DNA from: Podarcis gaigeae
Lineage: Eukaryota
NCBI GenBank assembly: GCA_964106915.2
Contig: OZ066915.1
DNA: 64,000 bases
Strand: one strand, 5' to 3'
Positions within the stretch are counted from its first letter, which is position 1; each line of letters starts with the position of its first letter. The position numbers were made by a program, and so were the translations under genes. This document shows positions 21,801 to 62,773 of this stretch, piece by piece. Under the pieces are notes generated by a model. The model saw nothing but the letters and a program-made list of their open reading frames with translations. It was not told where the DNA came from and ran no database searches.

Positions 21801-24800
21801 AGAAAACAGCACAAGAGTCCTTAATGGTTTAGAATGAACCCTGAATTGTGTCATCTTGAGAGTCTGCGTGGCATTTTAATAGGTGCATTGTATAGTCTTT
21901 AATTTACTGTTAAGCCTACTGGGAAGACTGTATCATCTAACACAGAAGTTGAATTTATGAAAGTCTTGGCTTTAAAGTTTATACAGGAAGTTGGTAACCT
22001 TTGTGGTTGTAGTGATTACATTTGAAAATACGCATGCTGTTATTGCAAATATTGGTCAAGAGATAAACTCTGCATTCTCTGGCAGCCTGTAACCTGCATT
22101 GCTTCAAATAGGTTCCCTGGCTATTCGTTCCTCACTCAAACCTTTCATACTGCTGCCTCACTATTGCATGCCAGAATCTTCCAAAATATGTAACAAATGT
22201 GTTATATACTAGGTTCAGACTACTGTATACCGTATAAATCCAGTTCATGTAGACTTTCTCAATTTTCCTGTCAAAATACTGACTTTAGTGGCATTGATCT
22301 TGGATATATTCATGCAGATAAACCTGAGAGATTTCCAAATATGTGGGAAGGATAGCACCGGATAACAAAAATAATTCCATATGGAAAGGGCAAAGATGTG
22401 CAGCTACAATAGTGTAGGGTGGTGGAAAAAAGACAGAGCCATCATCTGGGAAGTGAACAGCTGTATCCTAATGTTGTGTTCTGGGAAGAACTTATGTAGT
22501 TTTTGAAAGGCTCCTCTCACATCTTTAATGTGTGCTGTTGCTTTTCAAGGGGACCCTAATAAGAATATTTGATACATCATCTGGGCATTTAATCCAGGAA
22601 CTGCGCAGAGGGTCTCAGGCTGCCAATATCTACTGGTAAGGTTTATTGTTTTGTTAATGTGTTGGGGGGATTGGAGGAATCATGCTTTGCCTTGATCATC
22701 AGCAAGATGAGGGAGTGGCTGTTGTACAAATGGGGGTTTCATGCTTTAAAACTCCCCCCCCCCCCATTTTCCAGTTAAGAGACATGAACTTCCTGTTTGT
22801 GAATAATTTTCTTCCATCTGTGACCTACTAATCATACAGCTGATACTGTCAGCTGGCTTTTCACATTAGCCAGTTCAGTGTTATATGTAGCACATCAGAC
22901 AAATATAAACATTAGCCTTGGTATCTGAAAATTCCTTGGGGGGAAATGTGACATCACAAAGGTAGAGAAATCAGCAGCAGTACAATTCAAGAGGAATTTA
23001 ATCCAATTGAGAGTTGAGCATTAAACAAAAAAGAAAAAAATGGGAGTGGGGGTTAAGTCTGAGAGGTAGCAGTGTATGAGATATACAATAAAGCATCAGT
23101 TCAAACATGTGAACTTTTCTATAGCTTTTAAAAGTTGGGGAAACAGGGATCCCTTAGTTCTATGTCCATAGGATCTTTGATTTCTGCACCTTTTTTCAAA
23201 CTCAGAATGAAAACTCAGAATTAAAGTAGCATTCATCCTGCAACTGTGTTGGTTTATGGAGGAACTAAGATACTAATTAAGAAGTAATTATGCCTCACCA
23301 ATATCTGTGCGCCCTTTTCATCAGCTACATGTATTATGGAGGAGTTAATGCTTTTTAAAGGTGTGAATATATTTCTCTCCCTCCCGTCTATGTGGTTTAC
23401 TTCTGGGGTGAATGCTCTTTCACTTTCTACCACTTCAGTTGCTGATGCTGCTTCACTCTGCATCAATACCTCATTGGGTATGTTGTTGCAAGGTGGCATT
23501 GCTTTAGATAACCTCCCCAAAACCTACAGTTAGAAACTCTTGTTTTTAAGATACTTGGGAAAGAGGTTGGCTTATAGTGTTTGAAAAGTTGCAGTATATA
23601 CACATAGGCATTTCTTTAAAAAGTAACTTATTCCATGACAGTGGTGATATAAGCAGACTTGTTTCTGACTTCTCCTTTAGCATTAACTTCAACCAAGATG
23701 CTTCTCTCATTTGTGTGTCAAGTGATCACGCCACAGTGCACATTTTTGCTGCGGAGGATCCTAAGAGGAACAAGCAGTCGAGGTAAGCAGCTGGGGCCAG
23801 TGTGATGATCGCTAGGCAAAAATGATTAGGTAACTTCATACAGGAAGAATGTATCAGTAGCTAAAATAAATAATTTAAATAATCACTGACCTAGCCACTG
23901 TGATCCACACGACGGTCACCTCCAGACTGGATTATTGTAACTTGCTGTACATGGGACTACCCTTGAGACTGACCCAGAAACTTCAGCAGGTGCAGAATGC
24001 CGCGGCGAGACTCCTTACAGGGTCCTCGCTGAGGGATCACATTCACCCGGTGCTATACCAGCTGCACTGGCTCCCGGTGGAGTACAGGATCAGGTTTAAG
24101 GTGCTGGTTTTAACCTTTAAAGCCCTATATGGCCTAGGACTCTCGTACCTACGGGACCGCCTCTCCTGGTATGTCCCACGGAGGACCTTACGGTCTTCAG
24201 ACAAAAACACCTTGGAGATCCCGGGCCATAGAGAGGTTAGGCTGGCATCAACCAGTGCCAGGGTTTTTTTCAGCTGTGGCTCCAATCTTGTGGAACGCTC
24301 TGTCACAAGAGACTAGGGTACTGGGGGACTTGACATCTTTCCGCAGGGCCTGCAAGACGGAGCTGTTCCACCAGGCCTTTGGCCAGGGCACAGCCTGACC
24401 CCCTCCTTTGGCAATCCTCACAGAACTCTAGCCCAATGGTTGCCATTAATCTGATTTGAACTAATTTTATAATGAAATGATTTTAGAATGTTGTATCATT
24501 TTACTGTTACAGATAGGTAGCCGTGTTGGTCTGCCATAGTCAAAACAAAACAAAAAATCCTTCCAGTAGCACCTTAAAGACCAACTAGGTATCTGAAGAA
24601 GTGTGCATGCACACGAAAGCTCATACCAAGAACTGACTTAGTTACATTTTACTGTTGTTAGCCGCTCTGAGCCTGGCTTTGGCTGGGGAGGGCGGAATAT
24701 AAATAAATTTTTATTGTTATTATTATTAAAATAATTGTTAACCTTAATACGTGCTGCTAGGAGTCAGTTTGCTTCAGTGCCTGAACTACTGGTTTGAGAT

Positions 24801-25538
24801 GATGCTGAAGAGAGCTTTCTTTCTTTTTCAGCTTAGCATCAGCCAGCTTCCTGCCCAAATACTTCAGTTCCAAATGGAGTTTTTCCAAATTTCAGGTTCC
24901 CTCAGGCTCTCCCTGCATCTGTGCCTTTGGAACAGAGCCGAATTCTGTCCTAGGTAAGAATCTCAAGTTTCACCAAAAATCAAACAAGGCCCCTCACTAT
25001 GCATATCCCAAACATAGCCTATGAATTCAAGCAGCTGTGCTCACAAACAAGCTTCTTAGAGGAATCTACCTCTGTCCTTGATGGGAGTGTGATTTATATA
25101 AATGGGTTTTAACTCCAGATTAATGTCATATGATTGCAGCCTAAGATTGTAAAAATGTTTAGATTGCAAGGAATGTTGAACACTCGAGATTGTTACTTGA
25201 GATCTCACGGAGGGCAGTTTAATGATTCATCAAGAACTATCTCGGGTGGGCCAAGCCATGTGCTAGAACTGATTGGCGTATATAGCGCAGGTCTTATAGG
25301 AGAACATTTCTTAGCCTGCAGGTAATGTGGCGTCTCTTGCTGCTCTCACAAGCAAAAGCTGTGCAGTGAAACACAATGTGTAAGCAATTGACTTCAGTTG
25401 CCAAACTGAAAACAGTATCTTTCTCTTGCAGCGATCTGTGCAGATGGCAGCTACTACAAATTTTTATTCAATCAAAAAGGGGAATGCTCCAGGGATGTCT
25501 ATGCTCAGTTCCTAGAAATGACTGATGACAAACTTTGA
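15193..25538 (+). CDS. WDR45B: WD repeat domain phosphoinositide-interacting protein 3 (WIPI3), complete, 10 exons, 344 aa
   Basis: Exons 15193-15259, 19303-19377, 19777-19878, 20546-20633, 20751-20845, 21579-21769, 22550-22635, 23681-23782, 24832-24953 and 25432-25538 sum to 1035 nt in one open frame: [35 protein letters not shown]...[13 protein letters not shown]...[12 protein letters not shown]. The PROPPIN LRRG lipid-binding motif is at 22601-22612. Confidence 0.97.
16400..17836 (+). mobile_element. Degenerate CR1 LINE (ORF2 remnants + 3' UTR) in WDR45B intron 1
   Basis: GSSDH endonuclease end, [27 protein letters not shown] remnant, [22 protein letters not shown]-terminus, TTCTTATGTTCTTA tail. 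Confidence 0.88.
18442..18636 (+). mobile_element. L2 LINE RT fragment
   Basis: gtgctggttttgacttataaagccttaaacagctcaggactgcagtacctcagggaccacctctcc is homologous to the L2 copies at 24.1 and 37.6 kb. Confidence 0.7.
19303..19377 (+). CDS. WDR45B: WDR45B exon 2
   Basis: ttttag|GGTGC...CAAG|gtgaga; [24 protein letters not shown]. Confidence 0.94.
19777..19878 (+). CDS. WDR45B: WDR45B exon 3
   Basis: ctccag|AATTT...AAAG|gtaaag; [33 protein letters not shown]. Confidence 0.94.
20546..20633 (+). CDS. WDR45B: WDR45B exon 4
   Basis: ctgcag|TGATG...GATAG|gtgagt; [28 protein letters not shown]. Confidence 0.94.
20751..20845 (+). CDS. WDR45B: WDR45B exon 5
   Basis: tttcag|AATTG...TAAAG|gtaagt; [31 protein letters not shown]. 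Confidence 0.94.
21579..21769 (+). CDS. WDR45B: WDR45B exon 6
   Basis: tttcag|GTCTT...GAAAAA|gtaagt; [17 protein letters not shown]...[10 protein letters not shown]. Confidence 0.94.
22550..22635 (+). CDS. WDR45B: WDR45B exon 7 (LRRG motif)
   Basis: ttcaag|GGGACC...TACTG|gtaagg; [28 protein letters not shown]. Confidence 0.94.
23681..23782 (+). CDS. WDR45B: WDR45B exon 8
   Basis: ctttag|CATTAAC...TCGAG|gtaagc; [33 protein letters not shown]. Confidence 0.94.
24509..24644. mobile_element. Penelope-like element terminal fragment with internal inversion
   Basis: 12-bp TSD CATTTTACTGTT (24497-24508, 24645-24656); second half is inverted relative to the collinear copy at 14095-14173; carries the hammerhead motif. 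Confidence 0.75.
24588..24627 (+). ncRNA. Minimal type I hammerhead ribozyme motif (Penelope-associated)
   Basis: GGUAU-CUGAAGA-A-GUGUG(CAUG)CACAC-GAAA-GC-UC/AUACC: conserved cores, 5-bp stem I (GGUAU:AUACC), 5-bp stem II, palindromic AGCU minimal stem III. Activity is not demonstrated. Confidence 0.7.
24832..24953 (+). CDS. WDR45B: WDR45B exon 9
   Basis: tttcag|CTTAGC...CCTAG|gtaaga; [40 protein letters not shown]. Confidence 0.94.
25432..25538 (+). CDS. WDR45B: WDR45B exon 10 (coding part, stop TGA)
   Basis: ttgcag|CGATC...CTTTGA; [34 protein letters not shown]. Confidence 0.94.
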
Positions 25539-26407
25539 CTGAACTGATGGAAATTTGTAGGTAGGGGGAAAGGATATCTGGAACCCCGTCCTGCTTATTC
25601 TCCCTTTCCTGAAGAGATGGCCTCTCACTACCTTCAGTCAACTGTGCTGCTCAAGATGGGACAGATGACTTTAAGAAGCCCAAACCAGTATGGACAGAGC
25701 AAGGCAGAGGACTACTACGTTAACTGTCAACAGCTGGTTTTAAATGTTAAGTTTTGGCTGCTGTTGTTCCTTCAATTTTTTCCCCTTTTTTAAAAAAATG
25801 TTTCCATAGCCTGTGCCTATTGGGTTTCTCTCTGTAATTAAACTGTGAAGCTTAGTGCCTGCCACTCCGTAAGACTGAAGGGGCAGGAGATTACTAAGGT
25901 TTAAACAGTGAATGGGACATGTCAAAAGTACATACAGATTTGAGTTCTAGTACGGTGCTTAAGGGGGTGGCAGGAAATCTATACCAGCAGTTTCTGCCTT
26001 TGTAAAATGTCCTTTTCCTCCTATCTTCTAATACACAGAAAGGAATATTATAGCAAGTTGGCTCTTAGTTGCACTTGCTCTGACATAGATAGAATGCTCA
26101 TGGTCCTTGTTTTCATGCTGTTATAAATAGATATTAACTTGTTTGTCATTTGTCAGAGGTGCCAAAAGAAATCCATAGCAAACATCATTAAAGTACTGTT
26201 GGCCTAAATAACCATTCTGCAGGGCAGGAAGTGGCATAGGACAATGTTGAGATGTTGGGAAAGTGACAGCAAACAGCTTAGATATTGGAAATAACCATTC
26301 CAGACACTTCAGTTCTTGATCCATTGGTATTTGCACTTAGGTTGTGCTGGGGAAGTTCTACAAGATAATCTGTAATGGTCAAGAGGGTAGTATACTGAAC
26401 AACAAGA

Positions 26408-26526
26408 AGGGGGAAAGTGTGACCCTCCAGATGTTACTAGACTTCACTGCCATCAGTGCTAGCCAGCATGGCCAAGGATGATGAGAGGTGTAGTCAAACA
26501 GCTGGAGGGCTGCAGCTTTCCCACCT
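26408..26526. mobile_element. Palindromic hAT-like MITE in predicted WDR45B 3'UTR
   Basis: gggggaaagtgtgaccctccagatgtt...gactt / gtagtc..acagctggagggctgcagctttccc inverted arms; relatives at ~33060-33125 and ~50333-50458. Confidence 0.65.
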
Positions 26527-26884
26527 TATAGCCTGTAAGAAATCCCTATCATACAGCAAGCTTATTATGTGTTCGGAACAAACTAAGCCGCTGTCTCTCT
26601 GAACACTAAGTAGTACATCAATCACAACACTATATTTTGGGAAATGAGGTATTTGGACACATAATTTGAAGTTACCAATATCATCCCCTTAAAACACAAC
26701 TTCAGTTATTAGCTCCCTTGATTTCATGCATACTTCAAAATTAATTGAAGTCTTGGTTCAAGTTGAAAAGTATTGGAATTTGTCATTTAACTAAAACCTA
26801 TATTCAGATGTCAGTTTGCATGTTGCTTTTAAATGTGTATTTAATCATGGAAATTGTTTTGCACACCTTTTGTAATTTTCTTTA

Positions 26885-26890
26885 ATTAAA
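26885..26890 (+). terminator. Candidate WDR45B polyadenylation signal ATTAAA
   Basis: ATTAAA preceded by TGTA/T-rich elements, ~1.35 kb after the stop, immediately before a MITE. Confidence 0.45.
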
Positions 26891-26936
26891 GTGACTTAAT
26901 TTGCTGTATTCATTTTATGGTAACAGAAGTTCTGTA

Positions 26937-27149
26937 AAGCAGTACCTCTACTTAGGCACACCTCTGGTTACGTATCCTTCGGGATATGCACGTGGCAAAC
27001 CCGGAAGTATTTTTCTGGGTTTTGCCGCATGCACAGAAGTGTTCTACCGCGCCACGCGCATGCGTATAACAGGCACCTCCAGTTGCAAAAACCTCAGGAT
27101 CCGACCGGAGCTCCAGAATGGATCCCATCCACAACCGGATGTACCACTG
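26937..27149. mobile_element. TcMar-Tigger-like MITE
   Basis: TA|AAGCAGTACCTC ... GATGTACCACTG|TA termini, CpG-rich interior. Confidence 0.7.
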
Positions 27150-29192
27150 TATATGGGTGCTAGTTCTGTCCTTTGTTTTATTTAAATTACCTAAATAGCT
27201 CAAGATCAATTAGGAGTAGGATGCATGTAATCTATGGCGCTAATAGATTGTATCCAACAATGTTGCTGAGATTTTAAATTAGTGGACCAGTGATGGGAAA
27301 CATGTTTGTTGAGTCTAAGTGGACAGTCTGTATAAGGTAGTTTTCTCTTTCCTACCTATGCCTCTGGCCAAATTCTTTGACACCAACTTCCAATTCTTAT
27401 CATTACCTTTTGTTCTAGGGATACCCTTTTATTATATAGTTTTTAAACAGTAATGTTGTTTCTTTGCTGAAATCCATCACTGCCAGACCCTTGCCAAATC
27501 TCATAAAACTCAGGTAGAGAAGTAATGTTTGCAGAATTTTTCAAAGAGGATAGGTATGCTGAAGCAAAATAAAAAGGAAGTTCAGTTCCATCACCCACAG
27601 GTTGAAGGTAACATTTTTTTAAAAATCCCAGTAGTTATTAACACTAGTTTGTCAATTGTAACAGCATTTACTTCACACACATTTAAGGCTTAAAAAATGC
27701 TCAGTCTTCTGTATTTCATCTTCCATGACCCTCACTGTTATGCATATTGTATATAAGCATGCCTACCTCTGCCAACCCTAGGATAATATATCTTCCAAAG
27801 TAGACTTGTTTGAAAGCTTATAATGTAATACACTTTCACTCCACCATCCTATGAATGTTCAGGAAAAGAAACTTAAGTGTGACATTTGTGTGTATGTATG
27901 TTTCATTTCTCACCAATGCCATATTCCCACTTGACAGATTAACCTTCTCCTGCTACTGTTAAAATGAGTTGAGAGGTCTCCCACAGCACATGAAACAAGA
28001 TTCGATGGACCTTCCTCTCCAGTAGGGGCTTGTCTGACTGGTTTTGAAAGAAATGCCAATTAGACTACTTACACAAACACAAGTACAACCTAGAACAGCT
28101 ATTAATAGTTAAATGCATATGCCATTTCTCTGCACCTGAGCCTTGGCCATGGAAAACACTAGCTAAAATCGCGTAAAGGAAAGTCAAATTCTGATGAAAA
28201 ATAAGCACTGCTCAGTGCAGAAACAACTTTTAGCAACTGTAGTAATGGTAGTATAATCCAAACACTAGTAGGTACATCAGCTAACTGCAACATTGATATG
28301 GTAAAAGACGGTGCCATGCTGCTCAGAAATTACCCAGAGCTCCTTTTCTGTGCAACACCGTTGGGGAAATATATAAACCCAGATGTTGATATAACTAGCA
28401 GGCATTTGCTCATGTGACTCAAATTGCTCCGGGGGGTGGGAAGACTGATTTTGCATTAGCTATTTCATCCAGGCAATTGCCCACTTGGTCCAAGTGTGTT
28501 CGGAAACCTAAAATGGACTTGTATTAAATTTTCTTCTGCAAAAGACATCAGCACCAGTCTCAAGTAGCAGTCACACAAGGAGACAGCTGCTATGTCAGAG
28601 AGCCATAATATACACTTCAATGAAATCCTAGTATTTTTTGTGCAATTACTTGTTTACAAAGGTGACTGAAGTAAAAGCTTCACGTATTACATATAATAAG
28701 GGAAAGTGAGTAAGACAAGCAAAGATAAGACACCATTGGCAGACAGGGTAGGAAATAATTTCTGTATTTGGTAATACTTTGTTTATGTTATTACTTCCAA
28801 TGCCTATCCTACTCATGCCCTCCTGTTTCACTTGTCTGAGCCCTGGCAATTGGCATTTTGACACTTTAAAGTTATATCTAAGCTTTCCCCAGTGCTCAAA
28901 TAGCTTAGCATTACTTAACCAAGTTTATGGAATGGAAATGCAAGCATTACTAGAGTACCCTGCCCATGGAAGAAGGGGTAGGTCAACAGCAGGTAAGTTT
29001 TAAGATTCTTATATTGAAGGCTATCATTCTATGCATCCTTACCTGGAACCATGGCATTTTGACAGATGTGCATAGGACGGCGATGTAAATCTTGTTCCAA
29101 GATTCTGTGTCCTACACTGACTATTTTGGGTGCATAAGAAAACTTCCAAGTGTGAATAAATTTTGACTGACTTAAGAATTTCACCAGATTTT

Positions 29193-29198
29193 TTTATT
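29193..29198 (-). terminator. Candidate FOXK2 polyadenylation signal AATAAA
   Basis: TTTATT on + strand, ~1.9 kb beyond the stop, at the end of an AT-rich 3'UTR-like block with no obvious repeats; an alternative signal lies at 29818-29823. Confidence 0.45.
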
Positions 29199-31078
29199 CA
29201 AAAACTTGCAGCAGTTTGCCTAATACTCATGAAATAGTAGGTTTATAACCAAATGTTTTGCCAATAATTCAGTTTAATTATTTCTAAATTAAGTGACCAC
29301 AGCACAAAAAGTAGAATGCTGCAGTTACATAAATTCTTTTGCTTTACCCAGCTTATAGTGGCTGTTATAAATCCAGCTAGTGTACAGCATTTTTTCATAA
29401 TCTTTTAATATGTATTATCCAGATTGACACTGTGACAGCTCTACTGTGTGGGGTTAACATGATACTTGGTACAGATTTCTCATATTTGGTCTTCAGATAA
29501 ACAGTTTTCAAAAACTGACTAAATATAAGCCATTCCAAGCCATTTCAGTCCATCATGAAAATACAGATTCTTCTCAAAATGAAAAAATATATATAAATAA
29601 TGGTATTGCCAAAAAAGGGCAAATCAAAGGTTCAAGCCAGTCTTTACCTTTAACTCACCTTAATATGAAGGGACAAGACAGCATGTGAATGAAAGACAAA
29701 AAACAGTCTTAGCTTTTAGTTCAGTACTGAAATGTAAGATGGATTCTACAATCACAACTCTGAGAAGTATCCTTTAAAATGTTCAACTGCAGAACACACA
29801 CTTTAAAAAAAACCACATTTATTATAGTATGGTAGCCACTGTTAGAAAACCTCAACAGCTACTCTTAATGCAGACCCCAGAAGGTCTGTGCAGGACATCA
29901 AAAGTTAAAGATAAACTCATCAGATTAATTTCTACTGGTGGGCGCTTATGCTGAAAAATATTGGATATACCTCTGACAAGTTTTTTTATCTCTTTTTAAA
30001 AGGACTTGTGATAAAGAATTTTCTCTTTTCTAAATGAAGAACAGTCTGCCATTTTAAACATACACAATATTAAGCGAGACTCTTGTTTTACTTTAGACTG
30101 GAAAAATAAGCCAGGGACAATCAAAGTCAACACAAAGTAACAAACAGCAAAAGGTAGCAAGAAAGAGAAACAGATAAGTGCAGCTCTGGTCAAATTCATC
30201 ATAGCAGTTCTTTAACGTCAGTTAACGGCTCATTTACACTGTATTTCTAATCAGTAACATGCAAGCCCAAAGAAGCATTTGATCACTACACAAGGTAATA
30301 AAATCTGATTAAATTTTATCAGGCAACTGCTAAAATATGAAAATTTGCAGATGTAACAAAGTAGCTTTATCTGAACTTTAACAGGACAAAATTAAATCAT
30401 TCCATTGGTTAAAAAACCCTACATTCAGTTTTACCAAACAAAATTTCACATGAAAAGTACTGTGTGATTCCAAAGTTTCTGGAGTAGAAATGGAGTGATT
30501 TGAAATGTCAAAGACCCCATTATTTTGAAAATAAAATGAAAGTACACATCAAAAATTTCTAATTCCACATGTGAACAACAAAATACTGCATATCTACCAA
30601 CAACTGCATTGGGTAGGTCATTATGAAAGGCTAGCTGCCAAGATGTAGGAAATGGCTCCTTGCCTCTGTTCCCTTTGAGGAATATACAATCGTTTGAAAT
30701 CCAGTCACATGAAGTACTTATCATGCTGTGATATACTGAAATACTCAATCCTTAAAGTAATCCAATAGAGCTTTTTAAAGTTGCAGACTTCCAACTTTTG
30801 TATCTCTCCTTATCTATAAAGAGTCACTTCAGAACGGCAAGGAGGAGTGGGGGGAAAGGGGTCACAGCCTCTGGAACAAGATGTTGGACAGTTTGGTTTC
30901 GATTTTTAAATTAAGGAGTTCTAAGGCCACCTGTGTTTTTTTTCTCAGTGCTGAAAGTTGAAGTCACAGGGCCCCTTTCCCCACCATGTGAGAACATGTT
31001 CAATATTTTTAGGTGTTTCAATGTCTCCTTTTGGCACCACGGAGCATCATTCTAAAAAGAAATATTCCTCTTAAGTTC

Positions 31079-60940
<29,862 letters not shown>

Positions 60941-62619
60941 CGCGGAATGGATTATATATGGATATATGCACACTGTATATGTTTTAATTGCTTTGAGCGG
61001 GCGGTGGGGAATCAGATGCCTGTTACTCCCTGCTCCGGGAATTGCTGTCCAGAAAGAGTGAATAGTATCTTACGCTTGTAAACAGATATATAAATTCTAG
61101 AGGCAGCTCATATCATCTTCAGCACATAAGCATGCAAATTTGAAATAAGCAAAGGAGGCAACTTTCACTGTTTTCTTACTCAAGGGAAAAGTCCCATTCA
61201 TATATATTTATATTTTTGTAGCATTCAACTTCATATACAGTACACTACCCTGACAAATGGGATGCCTACACACAGTGTCATCTCCCCACCGCCGCCACTA
61301 CCACCCACTGATTATTATTATTGTGGGAAAGATAAGGGCAGCATTTGTGTGTCACCCTCAGCTCCATTACCATTCTGATAGTTCTCACTGGAGGCTAATA
61401 ACCAAACAGTGTGTCTCATTCTACACCGACTACTTACAACATATTACCGTTCTTCCTTTTCAACCTACTAGAGATCAATTCTATTTCAGGCTAGCTGTAG
61501 TGGAACGCATGATTGTCATGCAAAAAGGTCTGAAGTTCAAGCTAATGTGACCCTAGAATGCTCCAGAGATCAGGCACCTATCCCAGGCCACTCACTGCCT
61601 GCTGTAGCCGGAGGAGAAACTTACAAGAGAGAGAGAGAGAGGTTTTGATAAGGGTCTTAATAACGGCAGATGCATGCAGGTGGTGATTGTCCTTGAGCTA
61701 TGCTGATCCACTCCTAAACCTTTTGAATGTTAAAATTTAGGACTAGCACCTTGGTGATGAGTTGTGTTCCTTATATACCTAACCGCCACTTTAGTCTCAA
61801 ACTTGTAATGTTCTACATACCATTAATACCGAAGTTTTAAATAATTTTCTCACTGATTCGAACACTTTCTCTCTGCAGGTTGCCCAAGTGTAGCACATTT
61901 TCTGTCAATATTTTATTCAGCAAATAAAAATGCCTTTAGAACTAAATTTGCTTCTAAAATTTTTATATTTTGTAATGGGTTGTTTTAAAGGTTGTTTTAA
62001 TGATTTTTAGCTTAACGCTTAGTTTTTTATATGAACCCTAAACCAAAATACTGAGGGTTGTTGGGGTTTTTTTTCAAAAATAAAAGAATCTATCTTCAAT
62101 AACATAGCTGTGCATTTTAATAGCTCTCCAACCTGACTGGGTCTACAGAATGCATTAGTGGAACATTGGTAACACAATCCTAGCAATGCAATCATACACA
62201 TGTTGACTCAGAAGTTAGTCTCAATGGGACATCCCCAGGCAAGCAAGTTTAATATTGCGACCTATTTCTACATAGGATTTGGATACATTATACCCTGTTG
62301 AATTCCATAGGTCCTAGGCAGGAGATCTCATTCTGAGTATTTCCAGGGCAGCAGTGTGATGTTGCAATCCTAGGCACACTTCTTTAGAATTGAAATCAAT
62401 TGAACTTACTGAATTCAGATTGCCTTTACTTGCAAGGCCAATTAAAAGGAGTAGAGTTGAACCTTCCCTAAATATTAAAAACAATTCAATTAAAAACAAT
62501 TCAAAGTCATATTACTGAATTCCCAACACCTATCTCCTTTAGTATAATGGAAAGTATGTTTAATTGTGGGTTTAGCTCAAACTAAAAAGAAAATTATACA
62601 GCTCTTGTGTATTCTAATA

Positions 62620-62773
62620 CAGTCATACCTCGGGTTACAGACGCTTCAGGTTGCGTTTTTTCGGGTTACGGACCCGAAGTGCCAAATAGCAACCCACGCG
62701 TGCGCAGACGTGCCACTGCGGGTTGCGAACGTGCATCCCACACGGATCACGTTCGCAACCAGAGTGTCCACTG
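62620..62773. mobile_element. TcMar-Tigger-like MITE
   Basis: TA|CAGTCATACCTCGGGTT ... AACCAGAGTGTCCACTG|TA; CpG-rich. Confidence 0.75.

Larger units (their letters stand above)
23888..24728 (+). mobile_element. 5'-truncated L2 LINE in WDR45B intron 8 (with nested Penelope-like insert)
   Basis: [49 protein letters not shown] is the L2 RT C-terminus; (TTA)n tail. Confidence 0.92.
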
